39,245 bases of DNA from a virus. Lineage: Duplodnaviria > Caudoviricetes. Every line of letters begins with the position of its first letter. Position 1 is the first letter of the stretch. Shown here piece by piece: positions 25,224 to 34,707 of the stretch. Location of the stretch: the IMG/VR virus record IMGVR_UViG_3300020045_006226, positions 1-39,245 of that record; one strand, 5' to 3'. Below the pieces are notes generated by a model. The model was not told the origin of the DNA and ran no database searches. It worked only from the letters and a program-made list of their open reading frames with translations. Position numbers and translations under genes: made by a program.

Positions 25224-25327
25224 TGCCATTCAGTAAACCCCCAGGCGTTCCGTGTCCGCCAAATAATCCGCATTGTCATGGATTGCCAGAAGCCGTTTCA
25301 ATTCAAAGTGATCTGCCTTGCACATAA
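25223..25327 (+). CDS. 34 aa Pro/Cys-rich ORF, possibly truncated
   Basis: MPFSKPPGVPCPPNNPHCHGLPEAVSIQSDLPCT; its stop lies in the TAAC of the attC-like site. Confidence 0.4.
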   Translation: MPFSKPPGVPCPPNNPHCHGLPEAVSIQSDLPCT

Positions 25328-25457
25328 CGGTGGTGCTATGAGAAGTAGCGGAAAAATAAAAACTAAACTTTAAATTTATGACTGATTTTAAAAATACATC
25401 TGAACTTTCAGAAAAGACCGAAACCGCTATTTCTTATAGCACGTGTTATAAGCAGCC
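25322..25457 (-). repeat. attC-like imperfect inverted repeat
   Basis: ATAAC-GGTG-GTGCTATGAGAAGTAGCGG (25324-25351) pairs with CCGCTATTTCTTATAGCAC-GT-GTTAT (25424-25449). Confidence 0.65.
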
Positions 25458-26145
25458 TTTTCGTGTTTTGAATTGCTATGCTGGTATTGGTGGGAATCGT
25501 AAATTATGGAACACACCAAATATGCAAGTTACAGCCATTGAATATGATGAGAATATTGCAAAGGTTTATCAAGACTTATATCCGAATGATATTGTAATAG
25601 TTGCCGATGCTCACGAATACCTTTTAAATAATTATGAAAACTTTGATTTTATTTGGTGTTCTCCGCCTTGCCCTACTCATTCAGTTACAAATCATTTTTT
25701 AAATGCACAAGGAATAAAACGCTATCCTGATATGGCATTGTATCAAGAAATAATACTGTTACAAACTTTCTTTAAAGGCAAGTATATTATTGAGAATGTA
25801 AAATCATATTACACTCCACTTATTGCACCACAAATAAGTGGCCGCCATTATTTCTGGGCAAACTTCAAAATTCCAATGCTAAAATTTGAAAAGCAAATAG
25901 GTAGAATGAATGGTAAAAAAGCGGATTTAGGTGGTAAAATACAAGCTGAATTAAGAACTAACAACCATAAGAAGTTAGGATTTGATTTGTCTAAATATAC
26001 AGGAATTGATAAAGAAAAGGTATTGAATAATTGTGTCGCTCCTGAAATTGGATTGGCAATATTTGAAAGTGCCTTAAATATTTATAATCACTCAAAAATA
26101 GAGAATGTCGGTTTATTCGGTGAGCTCGTTTAGGGTTGCTTATAA
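25328..26145 (-). mobile_element. Integron-cassette-like unit carrying the C5 MTase
   Basis: GTTATAAGCAGCC (25445-25457) and GGTTGCTTATAAC (26134-26146) are 12/13 inverted repeats bracketing the MTase core. Confidence 0.55.
25378..26133 (+). CDS. Compact C5-cytosine DNA methyltransferase
   Basis: Motif I CYAGIGG, motif IV SPPC, motif VI ENV, motif X-like NNCVAP. Confidence 0.88.
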   Translation: MTDFKNTSELSEKTETAISYSTCYKQPFRVLNCYAGIGGNRKLWNTPNMQVTAIEYDENIAKVYQDLYPNDIVIVADAHEYLLNNYENFDFIWCSPPCPTHSVTNHFLNAQGIKRYPDMALYQEIILLQTFFKGKYIIENVKSYYTPLIAPQISGRHYFWANFKIPMLKFEKQIGRMNGKKADLGGKIQAELRTNNHKKLGFDLSKYTGIDKEKVLNNCVAPEIGLAIFESALNIYNHSKIENVGLFGELV

Positions 26146-26180
26146 CGTTTCGCTAACAGCTATAAAAGTATTACTTTTTC

Positions 26181-26372
26181 ATGGGAAAGACTGTAAAATA
26201 TACGAAAGTTAAAGTAATAAAAATTACAGAAACGCAACATAATACTTTAAAAAAATTAGATAGTTATCAGGTAAACGTAGCAGATTTTATAAGAACAGCT
26301 ATTCAGGAGAAAATTAGAAGGGATTATGAGTTTTTAATCCCTAAAGTTAAAAAATCAGATTGTCCTTTTTAG
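26181..26372 (+). CDS. Ribbon-helix-helix-like small protein
   Basis: Alternating beta strand KVIKI followed by two helices (VADFIRTAIQEKI). Confidence 0.55.
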   Translation: MGKTVKYTKVKVIKITETQHNTLKKLDSYQVNVADFIRTAIQEKIRRDYEFLIPKVKKSDCPF

Positions 26373-26398
26373 GTTAATCACAATTAAAAAACAATGTT

Positions 26399-26845
26399 AT
26401 GAAATTAATATCACTACGAGAATATGTTTTAAGATTCGATAAACCTATAGGGTTTTATGCCGATCAATTTGATTATTACGAAGGTCAATCTAACGCAATG
26501 AGTTATGTTATTTCATACACTAAATTCCTTTCACAAAAATTAGAGCTTTGGATGTTTATTCCCTGCAAGTTTGTTGATGGTGTTTGGGTGTGTTTGGAAG
26601 AGCCAAATCATCATGGGAAATCAATAGAAACCATGCGTGAATTATTAAAAGAATACCAAGAAGCAAAAGACAGATGTATATTTACAGGGTTTGAAATAAA
26701 TAAAGAATTTCCTAATCTTATAATGCATAAATCTGGATGGGGCTTGTCTAAAATAGATTTACACCTATGTACAATTGAAACTTATTCGCATAATGGTTAT
26801 AATTTAGAACTAACCCCAACCGCACAAAAACTAATCGGATTATGA
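26399..26845 (+). CDS. Hypothetical phage protein
   Basis: 148 aa ORF. Confidence 0.75.
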   Translation: MKLISLREYVLRFDKPIGFYADQFDYYEGQSNAMSYVISYTKFLSQKLELWMFIPCKFVDGVWVCLEEPNHHGKSIETMRELLKEYQEAKDRCIFTGFEINKEFPNLIMHKSGWGLSKIDLHLCTIETYSHNGYNLELTPTAQKLIGL

Positions 26846-26912
26846 GTAAAGAAACAAAGACCCTAATAACATCGGCAACAATAGCAATATTAATTTTAAT
26901 ATATTTTGGATT

Positions 26913-27083
26913 ATGATTAAAGATTTCAAAACCAAAAACGGGGACGGCAGATTAATTATACAAAAAATGATATTTGGTTTTGGATTTCGTTTAGATTTTC
27001 AATCAGCAACATTCGGAAGGATCAAGAAGTGGCAATTAGAAATTGATTTGCTTTGTATTCGTTTTTGGTGGATGCAATATTAA
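26913..27083 (+). CDS. 56 aa hypothetical protein; not in the ORF track
   Basis: MIKDFKTKNGDG...FWWMQY; ATGA-coupled to a 24 aa hydrophobic ORF at 26842-26916. Confidence 0.5.
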   Translation: MIKDFKTKNGDGRLIIQKMIFGFGFRLDFQSATFGRIKKWQLEIDLLCIRFWWMQY

Positions 27084-27160
27084 CTTTGTGATGGTTTTTT
27101 GCTTTTTACGATGTAAATGTTTAATTTTGGTAAATTGAATAATCAATACTTTTTTCAATA

Positions 27161-27487
27161 ATGGAAGAAAATTCAGACGTAGACGGAAGAGGTGGAGCGA
27201 GACCAGGAGCCGGAAGAAAACCAAAGGCAGACGAAGAAAAAACGAATCAGATTTTCTTAACTATGATTAAAGAAGTTAAGAAAGTTGATACTGATGACGA
27301 GGCTAGAATAGAGCTTGCCAGAGAGCTGTTTTCTTTTGAGCGTGGTTGTATGTTTATTGCAGAACATGTATTTGGAAAACCAAAAGAAATTATTGAGCAG
27401 ATAAATATTGATGCTAAATCAATTCCAATCGTTTTACCAGACGGCAAAAGCTATGAAGATTTAAAAAACGAATTACAACCCGAATAG
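27161..27487 (+). CDS. terS: Terminase small subunit candidate
   Basis: RGGARPGAGRKP arm and FGKPKE motif; abuts terL. Confidence 0.7.
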   Translation: MEENSDVDGRGGARPGAGRKPKADEEKTNQIFLTMIKEVKKVDTDDEARIELARELFSFERGCMFIAEHVFGKPKEIIEQINIDAKSIPIVLPDGKSYEDLKNELQPE

Positions 27488-28861
27488 ATGGATTACGGAG
27501 TAACAGAGGTTTTTGTAAAACATGATTACTTTTCTTCATTAAGAATTAAGCTTGTCGAAAAAGTTAACGACAAGCTTTTTTTATATGAGGATAAAGGCGA
27601 TAAATGTATTCTCGTTCGTGAAATAGAAACTACAAAAAAACTGTACCCGATCCAAAAAGGATTCTTTCTTTATGAATTGCCAGATAACTTCTTTTACTTC
27701 TATGAAGAAGGGCAATACTCTATTTTTAGATACAAATATATTAAGCATGTTGGAAGTTCTAGAAGCTCTAAATCGTGGAGCATCGAGGAAGCTATTTTAA
27801 GGGATTGCGAACAAACAGACAACACTAGGATAACTGTTTGGCGTGATACTCGTGAAAGTCTAGGTAACTCGGTATGGAAGGATTTTAAAAAGATATTTCC
27901 TTTATCTGGTCGTTCTTATAAATTCCCTAGAAATACAGTTCCAATATTCTTACCAAACGGGTCTGTTATTGAGCCACATGGAGATGATACAACAAATGCA
28001 CACGGGGTTACGCAAGACAAGGCTTGGTTGAATGAACCTTATAAAATGACTAAGGAAACATTCGATCAAATCGATATGAGAGCCGAGCAGATAATCATTG
28101 ATATAAATCCAACGGGTAAACACTGGGCAGAGCAATTAGACAAGCATCCAAGATGTAAAGTGATACATTCTACTTTTAAAGACAATCCATTTTGCCCTGT
28201 AGGTCAAAAGTTAAAGATTCTATCATATGATCCGGACAACCCGATTAACGTCTCAAACGGAACCGCAAACAGATACATGCACGATGTTTACGCTCTAGGT
28301 AAAAGAGCGGAGAAACCAAATAAAATATTCTTTAATTGGAAAACAATAAGCGACAGAGAATTTGAAGACTTGCCTTATCCTAGTTATTTTGGGTTAGATT
28401 TCGGACTTTCAGCACCTTCAGCATTGGTTGAAATGAAATTCGACGGAGATAGAACGTTTTTTCTTAAACAAAGAATGTATTGCCCTTTGAATAAAATTGA
28501 AGGCAGTTTGTCGGAAGAATTTGAAAGATTAGGTATATCTAAGCAAAAAGAAATTATTTGTGATAGCGGAAACGAAATAAATAAAAATGAAGGTGTAAAA
28601 CTACGTAATGCAGGCTACAATGTAATTTTAGCACAAAAAGGTAGCGGTAGTATATCGTCAGGAATTGAAACTATTCAAAAAGCCCAGATTAGATACACTA
28701 TAGAATCAGAAGATTTAGAAGATGAATACAATGATTACTCTTGGAAGATTTGGCAGGGCATTCAGATGGACGTTCCAGAAGATAATCAGAATGACCACCT
28801 TTTGGATGCTTCAAAATATGTGATAGTCTGGTACGGAAAAACACGAAGATTGTCGATATAA
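27488..28861 (+). CDS. terL: Terminase large subunit (PBSX-like)
   Basis: Walker A GSSRSSKS, Walker B WLNE, DINP, HSTFKDNPF, nuclease motifs GLDFG and DHLLDA. Confidence 0.93.
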   Translation: MDYGVTEVFVKHDYFSSLRIKLVEKVNDKLFLYEDKGDKCILVREIETTKKLYPIQKGFFLYELPDNFFYFYEEGQYSIFRYKYIKHVGSSRSSKSWSIEEAILRDCEQTDNTRITVWRDTRESLGNSVWKDFKKIFPLSGRSYKFPRNTVPIFLPNGSVIEPHGDDTTNAHGVTQDKAWLNEPYKMTKETFDQIDMRAEQIIIDINPTGKHWAEQLDKHPRCKVIHSTFKDNPFCPVGQKLKILSYDPDNPINVSNGTANRYMHDVYALGKRAEKPNKIFFNWKTISDREFEDLPYPSYFGLDFGLSAPSALVEMKFDGDRTFFLKQRMYCPLNKIEGSLSEEFERLGISKQKEIICDSGNEINKNEGVKLRNAGYNVILAQKGSGSISSGIETIQKAQIRYTIESEDLEDEYNDYSWKIWQGIQMDVPEDNQNDHLLDASKYVIVWYGKTRRLSI

Positions 28862-28873
28862 TGATTTTTTTAC

Positions 28874-28881
28874 TATATTTG
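28874..28881 (+). promoter_or_regulatory. -7 element TATATTTG upstream of the portal gene
   Basis: Consensus match in the terL-portal gap. Confidence 0.6.
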
Positions 28882-28901
28882 CTTTAATATTGTGTAAAAT
28901 T

Positions 28902-30098
28902 ATGGGATCATTTAATTTTCTTGGTAGACGTTTTGCGGTAGAAAGAGACCGCAACGGAGTTTTTACCTATACTTTTATGCGAAATGATGGGTTTCAGCCT
29001 AATAAAAACTATCTTGAATGGTCGTTAGAAAACCCTGTTTTATTGGCTATACTTGCTTTAAGATGCTCTGTTTATTCTCAAATGAAGATTATACATATCG
29101 ATTCACAAGGGAAAGAAGTGAAAAACAGTCCTTTCGTAAAACTATTAAAACAACCTAATTACTTTCAATCTCAAGAAGATTTTCTTTTTCAGGAAATGTG
29201 GTTTAAATCAGTCGACGGAACTTGCTTAACATACCAAGTAAAAGCGCTATCTGAAGTAAAAGCGCTATACAACCTTATTCCTCAAAATACTGACTACATA
29301 AAAACAAATAAATTAAAAAAGTTTATCACTACGAAAACTGATTTTAAAGCATTTGGAGAACAAACAATAAAATATACTTTAGATGGTCAAGAGCATAATT
29401 TTAAGATTGATGATTTAATTGCTTCTTACGATCTTGCAAACGGCTTAACGTGTGATTCTTTTATGCGTTCGCCAAGTAGGATAAAGGGAATTGAAAAAGT
29501 ACTTTGCAATATTGACGAGAACACTAAGGCAAAAAATACCAATCTTAAAATGACTCAGAAATATCTTGTTGCTAATAAATCAACAGGTAACGAGGCACAG
29601 ATACAAGAAGGAGATAGAAAAGATATTTTCGATAAAATCAGCCGTAAAGATGTATTGATTACGAATGCCAACATAAATGCAACTCACTTGGTTTCAGATA
29701 TGAAACGTTTATATTTAGACGAACAATTTAGCTCTGATGCATTGACTTGTGTTTTGGTATTTGGAATGAGTAGGGACGTTTTAAATTACTTTGCTAACGG
29801 AGCAAGCACTTACGACAATGAAGAAAAAGCAATGCAAAACTATATTCAAAATATGGTTCAGCCTGATGCGGATAAAAGAATGAACTCGTTTAATGCTCAG
29901 TGGGGATTAATCGATAAAGGAGAGAAACTAATCGCTTCTTACGCTCATTTACCTGTTATGTCTGGAATTATGAATGATAAGATAGCAACGCTAAAAGCTA
30001 TGCAGGAAACAATTAAAATAGGAATAGAAAACGGTACAATATCACCTGAAGAAGCTAAAAAAATGACTGATTCATTAATCTTAACTTTTAACTTATGA
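28902..30098 (+). CDS. Portal protein
   Basis: LLKQPNYFQSQEDF and STYDN motifs, size, position after terL; ATG 28902. Confidence 0.88.
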   Translation: MGSFNFLGRRFAVERDRNGVFTYTFMRNDGFQPNKNYLEWSLENPVLLAILALRCSVYSQMKIIHIDSQGKEVKNSPFVKLLKQPNYFQSQEDFLFQEMWFKSVDGTCLTYQVKALSEVKALYNLIPQNTDYIKTNKLKKFITTKTDFKAFGEQTIKYTLDGQEHNFKIDDLIASYDLANGLTCDSFMRSPSRIKGIEKVLCNIDENTKAKNTNLKMTQKYLVANKSTGNEAQIQEGDRKDIFDKISRKDVLITNANINATHLVSDMKRLYLDEQFSSDALTCVLVFGMSRDVLNYFANGASTYDNEEKAMQNYIQNMVQPDADKRMNSFNAQWGLIDKGEKLIASYAHLPVMSGIMNDKIATLKAMQETIKIGIENGTISPEEAKKMTDSLILTFNL

Positions 30099-30205
30099 GT
30101 ACTAAATTAAGTAATAACGAGATTCAAAAGCAACTAAGTAAAGAAGCTATTGAGAAGTTGAAAAAGGATAAACAAAAGCAATTTGATAAAGTAGTTAAGA
30201 AATGA
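30095..30205 (+). CDS. 36 aa Lys-rich ORF; not in the ORF track
   Basis: ATGA overlaps with both the portal and protease genes. Confidence 0.55.
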   Translation: MSTKLSNNEIQKQLSKEAIEKLKKDKQKQFDKVVKK

Positions 30206-31020
30206 TAAAAGTATTAGAATTTCCAAATAAAGAATTTTCTACTAAAGAAAATTTGTTCAAGGCTTTAATTGATAATAAAAAAGAGCTTATATCTATAAAA
30301 AAATCAGTCACAAAAAACGCTGATGCTGTTTCTTTTGGTTATTTAGACACTTCTGTAAAAATTGACACCACTAAAGAAGATATGCAATCACAATTGCAAG
30401 ACCCTGAAACATTGAGTGTGAAAGTAGTTATTAATACAACCAACTTCTTAGATAGTCATGGAGACGTTCACATTAATGGAATTTGGAATAAATCTGTAAA
30501 AGACAATGTTACATTTTTGCACCTGCAAGAGCATGAAAGAGATTTTGATAAAGTAATAACAGATACTGCAAAAGGATATGTTCAGTCGTTAACATGGAAA
30601 AAGTTAGGGCTACCATACGAAGGCAAAACAGAAGCTTTGATATTTGAAAGCACTATTGAAAAAAAACGCAATGAATTCATGCTTAATCAGTATGCTAATG
30701 GATGGGTAAAAAATCACTCTGTAGGTATGCGTTACGTTCAGTTAGAATTGGCGATAAATACAGAGGCTGAATATGATAAAGACTATAAAGATTTGTGGGA
30801 TGAATTTTACCCAATTATAGCAAATAAAGAAGTAGCTGACGAAAGAGGTTATTTCTGGGTAGTAAAAGAAGCAAAAATTATAGAAGGAAGTGCTGTTGTT
30901 ATGGGATCTAACTCAGCAACTCCTACCCTAGAAAATAAAGATTTTGAAGCCGTCTTTGCTGACACTTCAAAGGACGAGCCGGACAACTCCACTCAAACGA
31001 AACGTAAAAGGAATATTTAA
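30202..31020 (+). CDS. Prohead maturation protease candidate
   Basis: DSHGDV, LQEH, HSVG and EGSAVVMGSNSATP motifs; lies between portal and capsid genes. Confidence 0.8.
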   Translation: MIKVLEFPNKEFSTKENLFKALIDNKKELISIKKSVTKNADAVSFGYLDTSVKIDTTKEDMQSQLQDPETLSVKVVINTTNFLDSHGDVHINGIWNKSVKDNVTFLHLQEHERDFDKVITDTAKGYVQSLTWKKLGLPYEGKTEALIFESTIEKKRNEFMLNQYANGWVKNHSVGMRYVQLELAINTEAEYDKDYKDLWDEFYPIIANKEVADERGYFWVVKEAKIIEGSAVVMGSNSATPTLENKDFEAVFADTSKDEPDNSTQTKRKRNI

Positions 31021-31036
31021 TAAAAATTAAACACAA

Positions 31037-32245
31037 ATGAAATTTACTTACAAAAGTCAAGCAGAAATTGACAAAATGAGTGATTCTGAGGCGGACACTT
31101 ACAAAGAAAATCAAAGAGAGTTTGAGCAAAAACAGCATCAAGACGCTATTGACTTGGCAGTAAAGACTACCAAAGATGAAATGCAAGTTATCATTGACAA
31201 AGCCAAAGAGGACATTACTGAGCTTGCACTGCAAGTAAAAGAAATTGAAGCTAAAGGCGGTCAATCTTCTTTGGAAAGCGAACTATCAAAAGAGCTTAAA
31301 GAAAAAAGAGACGCCATCAAAAGCATTGCAAAAGGAGCAAAAGAAGAAATTACCGTTAAAGCTAACACTTTAAGAGCTTCTATTGCTACAAATCCGCATG
31401 ATTTATTAATTGATGGTATCGGACAATTACAACGTGTAAAACGTAGTTTATACGACATTTTCCGTAAAATTCCGGTAGCTAAAGGCAACCATAACGGAAA
31501 TATTGCCTATGTGGATTGGGACGAAGCTACAACTGTAAAGGCTGCCGCAATGGTTGCTGAAGGTGCTGCGTTTCCTGAATCAACTGCAAAATTCAAAGGT
31601 TACACTTTACAATTGCAAAAGATTGGAGATACTTTACCTGTATCTGAAGAATTTTTCGAAGATGAAATGTTAGCTGCTGCGGAACTTGATATGTTCTTAG
31701 AAACTAACGTTAATGACGTTATTGACACACAAATCGTAACAGGAGACGGAACAGGAAACAATTTAAAAGGATTGATTTCAAGTACTCCGGCTTACGTTCC
31801 CGTTGCTTCTGGAATTACAGACGCAAATATTTACGATTTAGTTGCTAAAGTGTCTGAATCTATCACTTCAGTTGGTGGGGCTAAATATAATCCTGATTTC
31901 GTAGCAATGAATATTGCTGACATCAACAAATTGAAGTTGAAAAAAGATACTACAAACAACTATGTATTTAATTTCAACGATCCTCGTATTGGTTCTATGA
32001 ACATTATCGAAGATAACCACGTAGTTGCAAACACTATGTATGTTGGGGATTCTCGTTTTGCTAGAATTTACGAAATGGGCGGTGTTGTATTGTCTGAAGG
32101 TTATACAGGCTCTCAATTTACAAGCGATATGCTTACGCTTAAAGCTCGTAAAAGAATGGCTTTCTTGATTAGAACAGTAGATCAAACAGGATTTAGAAAA
32201 GTAACTTCTATTTCTGCTGCACTTGTAACTTTAGCAACTCCGTAA
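31037..32245 (+). CDS. Major capsid protein, HK97 fold with a coiled-coil delta domain
   Basis: VAEGAAFPES, VSEEFFED and GDGTGNNLKGL motifs. Confidence 0.93.
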   Translation: MKFTYKSQAEIDKMSDSEADTYKENQREFEQKQHQDAIDLAVKTTKDEMQVIIDKAKEDITELALQVKEIEAKGGQSSLESELSKELKEKRDAIKSIAKGAKEEITVKANTLRASIATNPHDLLIDGIGQLQRVKRSLYDIFRKIPVAKGNHNGNIAYVDWDEATTVKAAAMVAEGAAFPESTAKFKGYTLQLQKIGDTLPVSEEFFEDEMLAAAELDMFLETNVNDVIDTQIVTGDGTGNNLKGLISSTPAYVPVASGITDANIYDLVAKVSESITSVGGAKYNPDFVAMNIADINKLKLKKDTTNNYVFNFNDPRIGSMNIIEDNHVVANTMYVGDSRFARIYEMGGVVLSEGYTGSQFTSDMLTLKARKRMAFLIRTVDQTGFRKVTSISAALVTLATP

Positions 32246-32247
32246 TC

Positions 32248-32421
32248 ATGGTAGGCGTTGAATTTACCGCTAATTTCGCTAATAAAGTTATTGGCGATAA
32301 AATTGTGGTTGATGGACAATTAGCCTCTCAATTGATTGCTGAAGGCGTTGCTATTTTAGACGCTGATCAATCGGGAGCGGTTGCAAAAACCATATTGAGC
32401 AAGAAAAGAGCAAATAAATAA
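32248..32421 (+). CDS. 57 aa protein after the capsid gene; not in the ORF track
   Basis: MVGVEFTANFANKVIGD...LIAEGVA; starts 2 nt after the MCP stop. Confidence 0.65.
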   Translation: MVGVEFTANFANKVIGDKIVVDGQLASQLIAEGVAILDADQSGAVAKTILSKKRANK

Positions 32422-32438
32422 TTTAAAGTTAAGTCCTA

Positions 32439-33062
32439 ATGCAAATAGTAAATAAATCTTACTTTCAGAAAGAAAACTATCTTTTTATACCGTTATCGGT
32501 TGCTGATCCTAGCGGGTCTGTTGCGCCTGATAATGCAACTGAAATAGATAATTTATGTATTCAGATAGAAAGAGATATTTTGCTAAATGCATTAGGATTG
32601 ACGCTTTATAATGAACTTTATGCACTTACTGGAACTACAATTGAATTACCAGAAAATGCACGTTGGAAAAAGCTTGTGCAAGGTTACGAATATGATGAAA
32701 AAGTTTGGATTGGATTAGATAACGATTACTCATTAATTGCGTATCGTGTGTTTGAACAATTCAATATCGAAACAGCTATTCGTTTATCGGCTACAGGAGC
32801 GAAACAAGTACAAGGTGAAAATGCTATTCAGCAAACCCCAAAATACTTAATTTCAACGGCAAATCAACGATTTATAAAACAATATCAAGGAGAGTATTTA
32901 CATTATCCTATAATTGAAGGTAATTTTGTTGATTGGTTTGGTTGTAGTGATTCAATTGAAAAAAGCTTATACGGTTATTTAGTTGATAAGATGACTGATT
33001 TTCCAGAATGGAAACAGGATAGTTTTAAGATTTACGAAACTCAAAACAGCTTTGGAATATGA
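32439..33062 (+). CDS. Putative head-tail adaptor
   Basis: Synteny; 207 aa. Confidence 0.55.
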   Translation: MQIVNKSYFQKENYLFIPLSVADPSGSVAPDNATEIDNLCIQIERDILLNALGLTLYNELYALTGTTIELPENARWKKLVQGYEYDEKVWIGLDNDYSLIAYRVFEQFNIETAIRLSATGAKQVQGENAIQQTPKYLISTANQRFIKQYQGEYLHYPIIEGNFVDWFGCSDSIEKSLYGYLVDKMTDFPEWKQDSFKIYETQNSFGI

Positions 33063-33559
33063 TTTCATTTGAAGAAAAAACAAGAGAGTTAGTGAAACTA
33101 ATGCCGGCATTCGTAGACGGAAATGGTACTTTTCCTATTCGTTATGATTGGGGAACTATTGATGTTTTGAATAAGTTCTTATTATTGAAAGAAAACGTTT
33201 CTAAATATCCTTTGATTTGGCTTGTAACAGGGTCAAGAACACAGGATAGAATAAGAAACACAGTATCTAGTAGAGCACGTTTTATTATAGCGACACGATC
33301 TAATAAAGTTGATGAATTTAATGAGTTTCAGTATCAAACAGATTATGTAAAAATATTGATTCCGACTTATGAAAACTTTATCAAAACATTAGATAGAAGC
33401 TCTATAAGCACAATTATAGGAAACGAACACGAATGCGAAATAGTTCCTAACTTTTCATTCAATAATAGTGACGGTTTACTTACTATTTGGAATGCTTTAT
33501 CTGTAGATATTGAAGTAAAAATAGAAGGCAATAAATGCATTAACACAATTAAATTTTAG
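33059..33559 (+). CDS. Putative tail terminator/neck protein
   Basis: Synteny; YPLIWL motif. Confidence 0.5.
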   Translation: MISFEEKTRELVKLMPAFVDGNGTFPIRYDWGTIDVLNKFLLLKENVSKYPLIWLVTGSRTQDRIRNTVSSRARFIIATRSNKVDEFNEFQYQTDYVKILIPTYENFIKTLDRSSISTIIGNEHECEIVPNFSFNNSDGLLTIWNALSVDIEVKIEGNKCINTIKF

Positions 33560-33561
33560 TT

Positions 33562-33738
33562 ATGGCTAAAGAAGAAATAAAAGAAAAAGAAGTGATTGAA
33601 ATCGTAAAAACAGTCGAAAAAAAAGAATACAAAGTTAAAAAAGAGTTCACTCTTGACAAACTTTATAATCCAGGCAATAAAATCTTGCTGGAAGAAGGCA
33701 AATTAAAAGAAAAATTAATCTTTAATAAATTTATATAA
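33562..33738 (+). CDS. 58 aa hypothetical protein; not in the ORF track
   Basis: MAKEEIKEKEV...; TAATG coupling to the tail gene. Confidence 0.6.
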   Translation: MAKEEIKEKEVIEIVKTVEKKEYKVKKEFTLDKLYNPGNKILLEEGKLKEKLIFNKFI

Positions 33739-34640
33739 TGGCATTAGAAGATCAAATTAACAAAGTAGATTGTGGTGCTGCAGGAGTTCTTGGAACAGGA
33801 ACAGAAGGCTGTCAAATCGATCAGGACAGAGTAGAGGCTTTAGGGCTTTTGCCAAAAGGCTTTAAGTTTACCGAAGAAATTACTCTTGATTATTTAAGAG
33901 AATTACAACAAGAAGGTAAATTAATTATGTTGCAAGGAGTAGTTTCATATACTGACGCTACAGCGGACAACAACATAATTACACGAGAAGGCACAGGTAT
34001 TAAGAAAAAAACAGGTACTAATCCGTATGAAAAAGTAGTTACTTTTGATAATGGGATCAATTTTGCTACGGCTTTAACTTATTTAGATAGTTATAATCAA
34101 TACGATATAATCGAATTTGATAAAAACAATACTATTTGGATGACCAGAACAAAAGCCAACGAACCAAAAGGGTTTACTTTAGGGATGTTTGATCCGGGGA
34201 AATATATGGGAGCAAATGGTGTTGATGCGTCAAGCAAAACAGTTACTTTTCAAAAAATAAGAAGAGACGAGTGGGATAAATATGTTACATTCGTCACAAA
34301 TGAACAATGGGACGGAAGTTATGATGAACTACAAGGTGTAAACGAGGTTAAAGTAACAGTTGATCCAATATCAGCCGGTACATCAATTGCAGTTAGTGCA
34401 TTTCTTTTAGACGGCACACATCCAGTTGAAGGATTGCTTTTTGGCAACTTTACAGCAACTAAAAATGGCGTTGCAAGTAATCCAACGGTTGAGGTTTATA
34501 GCTCAACCACAAAGAAATATACACTTACAGTTCCTACTTTGGTAGCTACCGACGTGGTTACAGTTTCTTTAAATGGTATTATTTTGACCACATTGGGTAC
34601 TCTTTACAAATCAAACACAGCAAAAGCAGTTGTAATATAA
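33738..34640 (+). CDS. Major tail (tube) protein candidate
   Basis: 300 aa with a T/V-rich Ig-like C-terminus, followed by a strong terminator; synteny. Confidence 0.7.
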   Translation: MALEDQINKVDCGAAGVLGTGTEGCQIDQDRVEALGLLPKGFKFTEEITLDYLRELQQEGKLIMLQGVVSYTDATADNNIITREGTGIKKKTGTNPYEKVVTFDNGINFATALTYLDSYNQYDIIEFDKNNTIWMTRTKANEPKGFTLGMFDPGKYMGANGVDASSKTVTFQKIRRDEWDKYVTFVTNEQWDGSYDELQGVNEVKVTVDPISAGTSIAVSAFLLDGTHPVEGLLFGNFTATKNGVASNPTVEVYSSTTKKYTLTVPTLVATDVVTVSLNGIILTTLGTLYKSNTAKAVVI

Positions 34641-34661
34641 TTTTGGGGGATTGGTTATTTT

Positions 34662-34694
34662 AAAACCCGTTGCAATTTGTGACGGGTTTTTTTT
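34662..34694 (+). terminator. Intrinsic terminator
   Basis: AAAACCCGTTGC...GTGACGGGTTTTTTTT. Confidence 0.85.
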
Positions 34695-34707
34695 GTAAAT
34701 TTGAATC

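Noticed and set aside
15003-27214. Shared AGACCAGGAGCCGGA in the 14977 peptide gene and terS
   Set aside because: Explained by the common RPGAG protein motif
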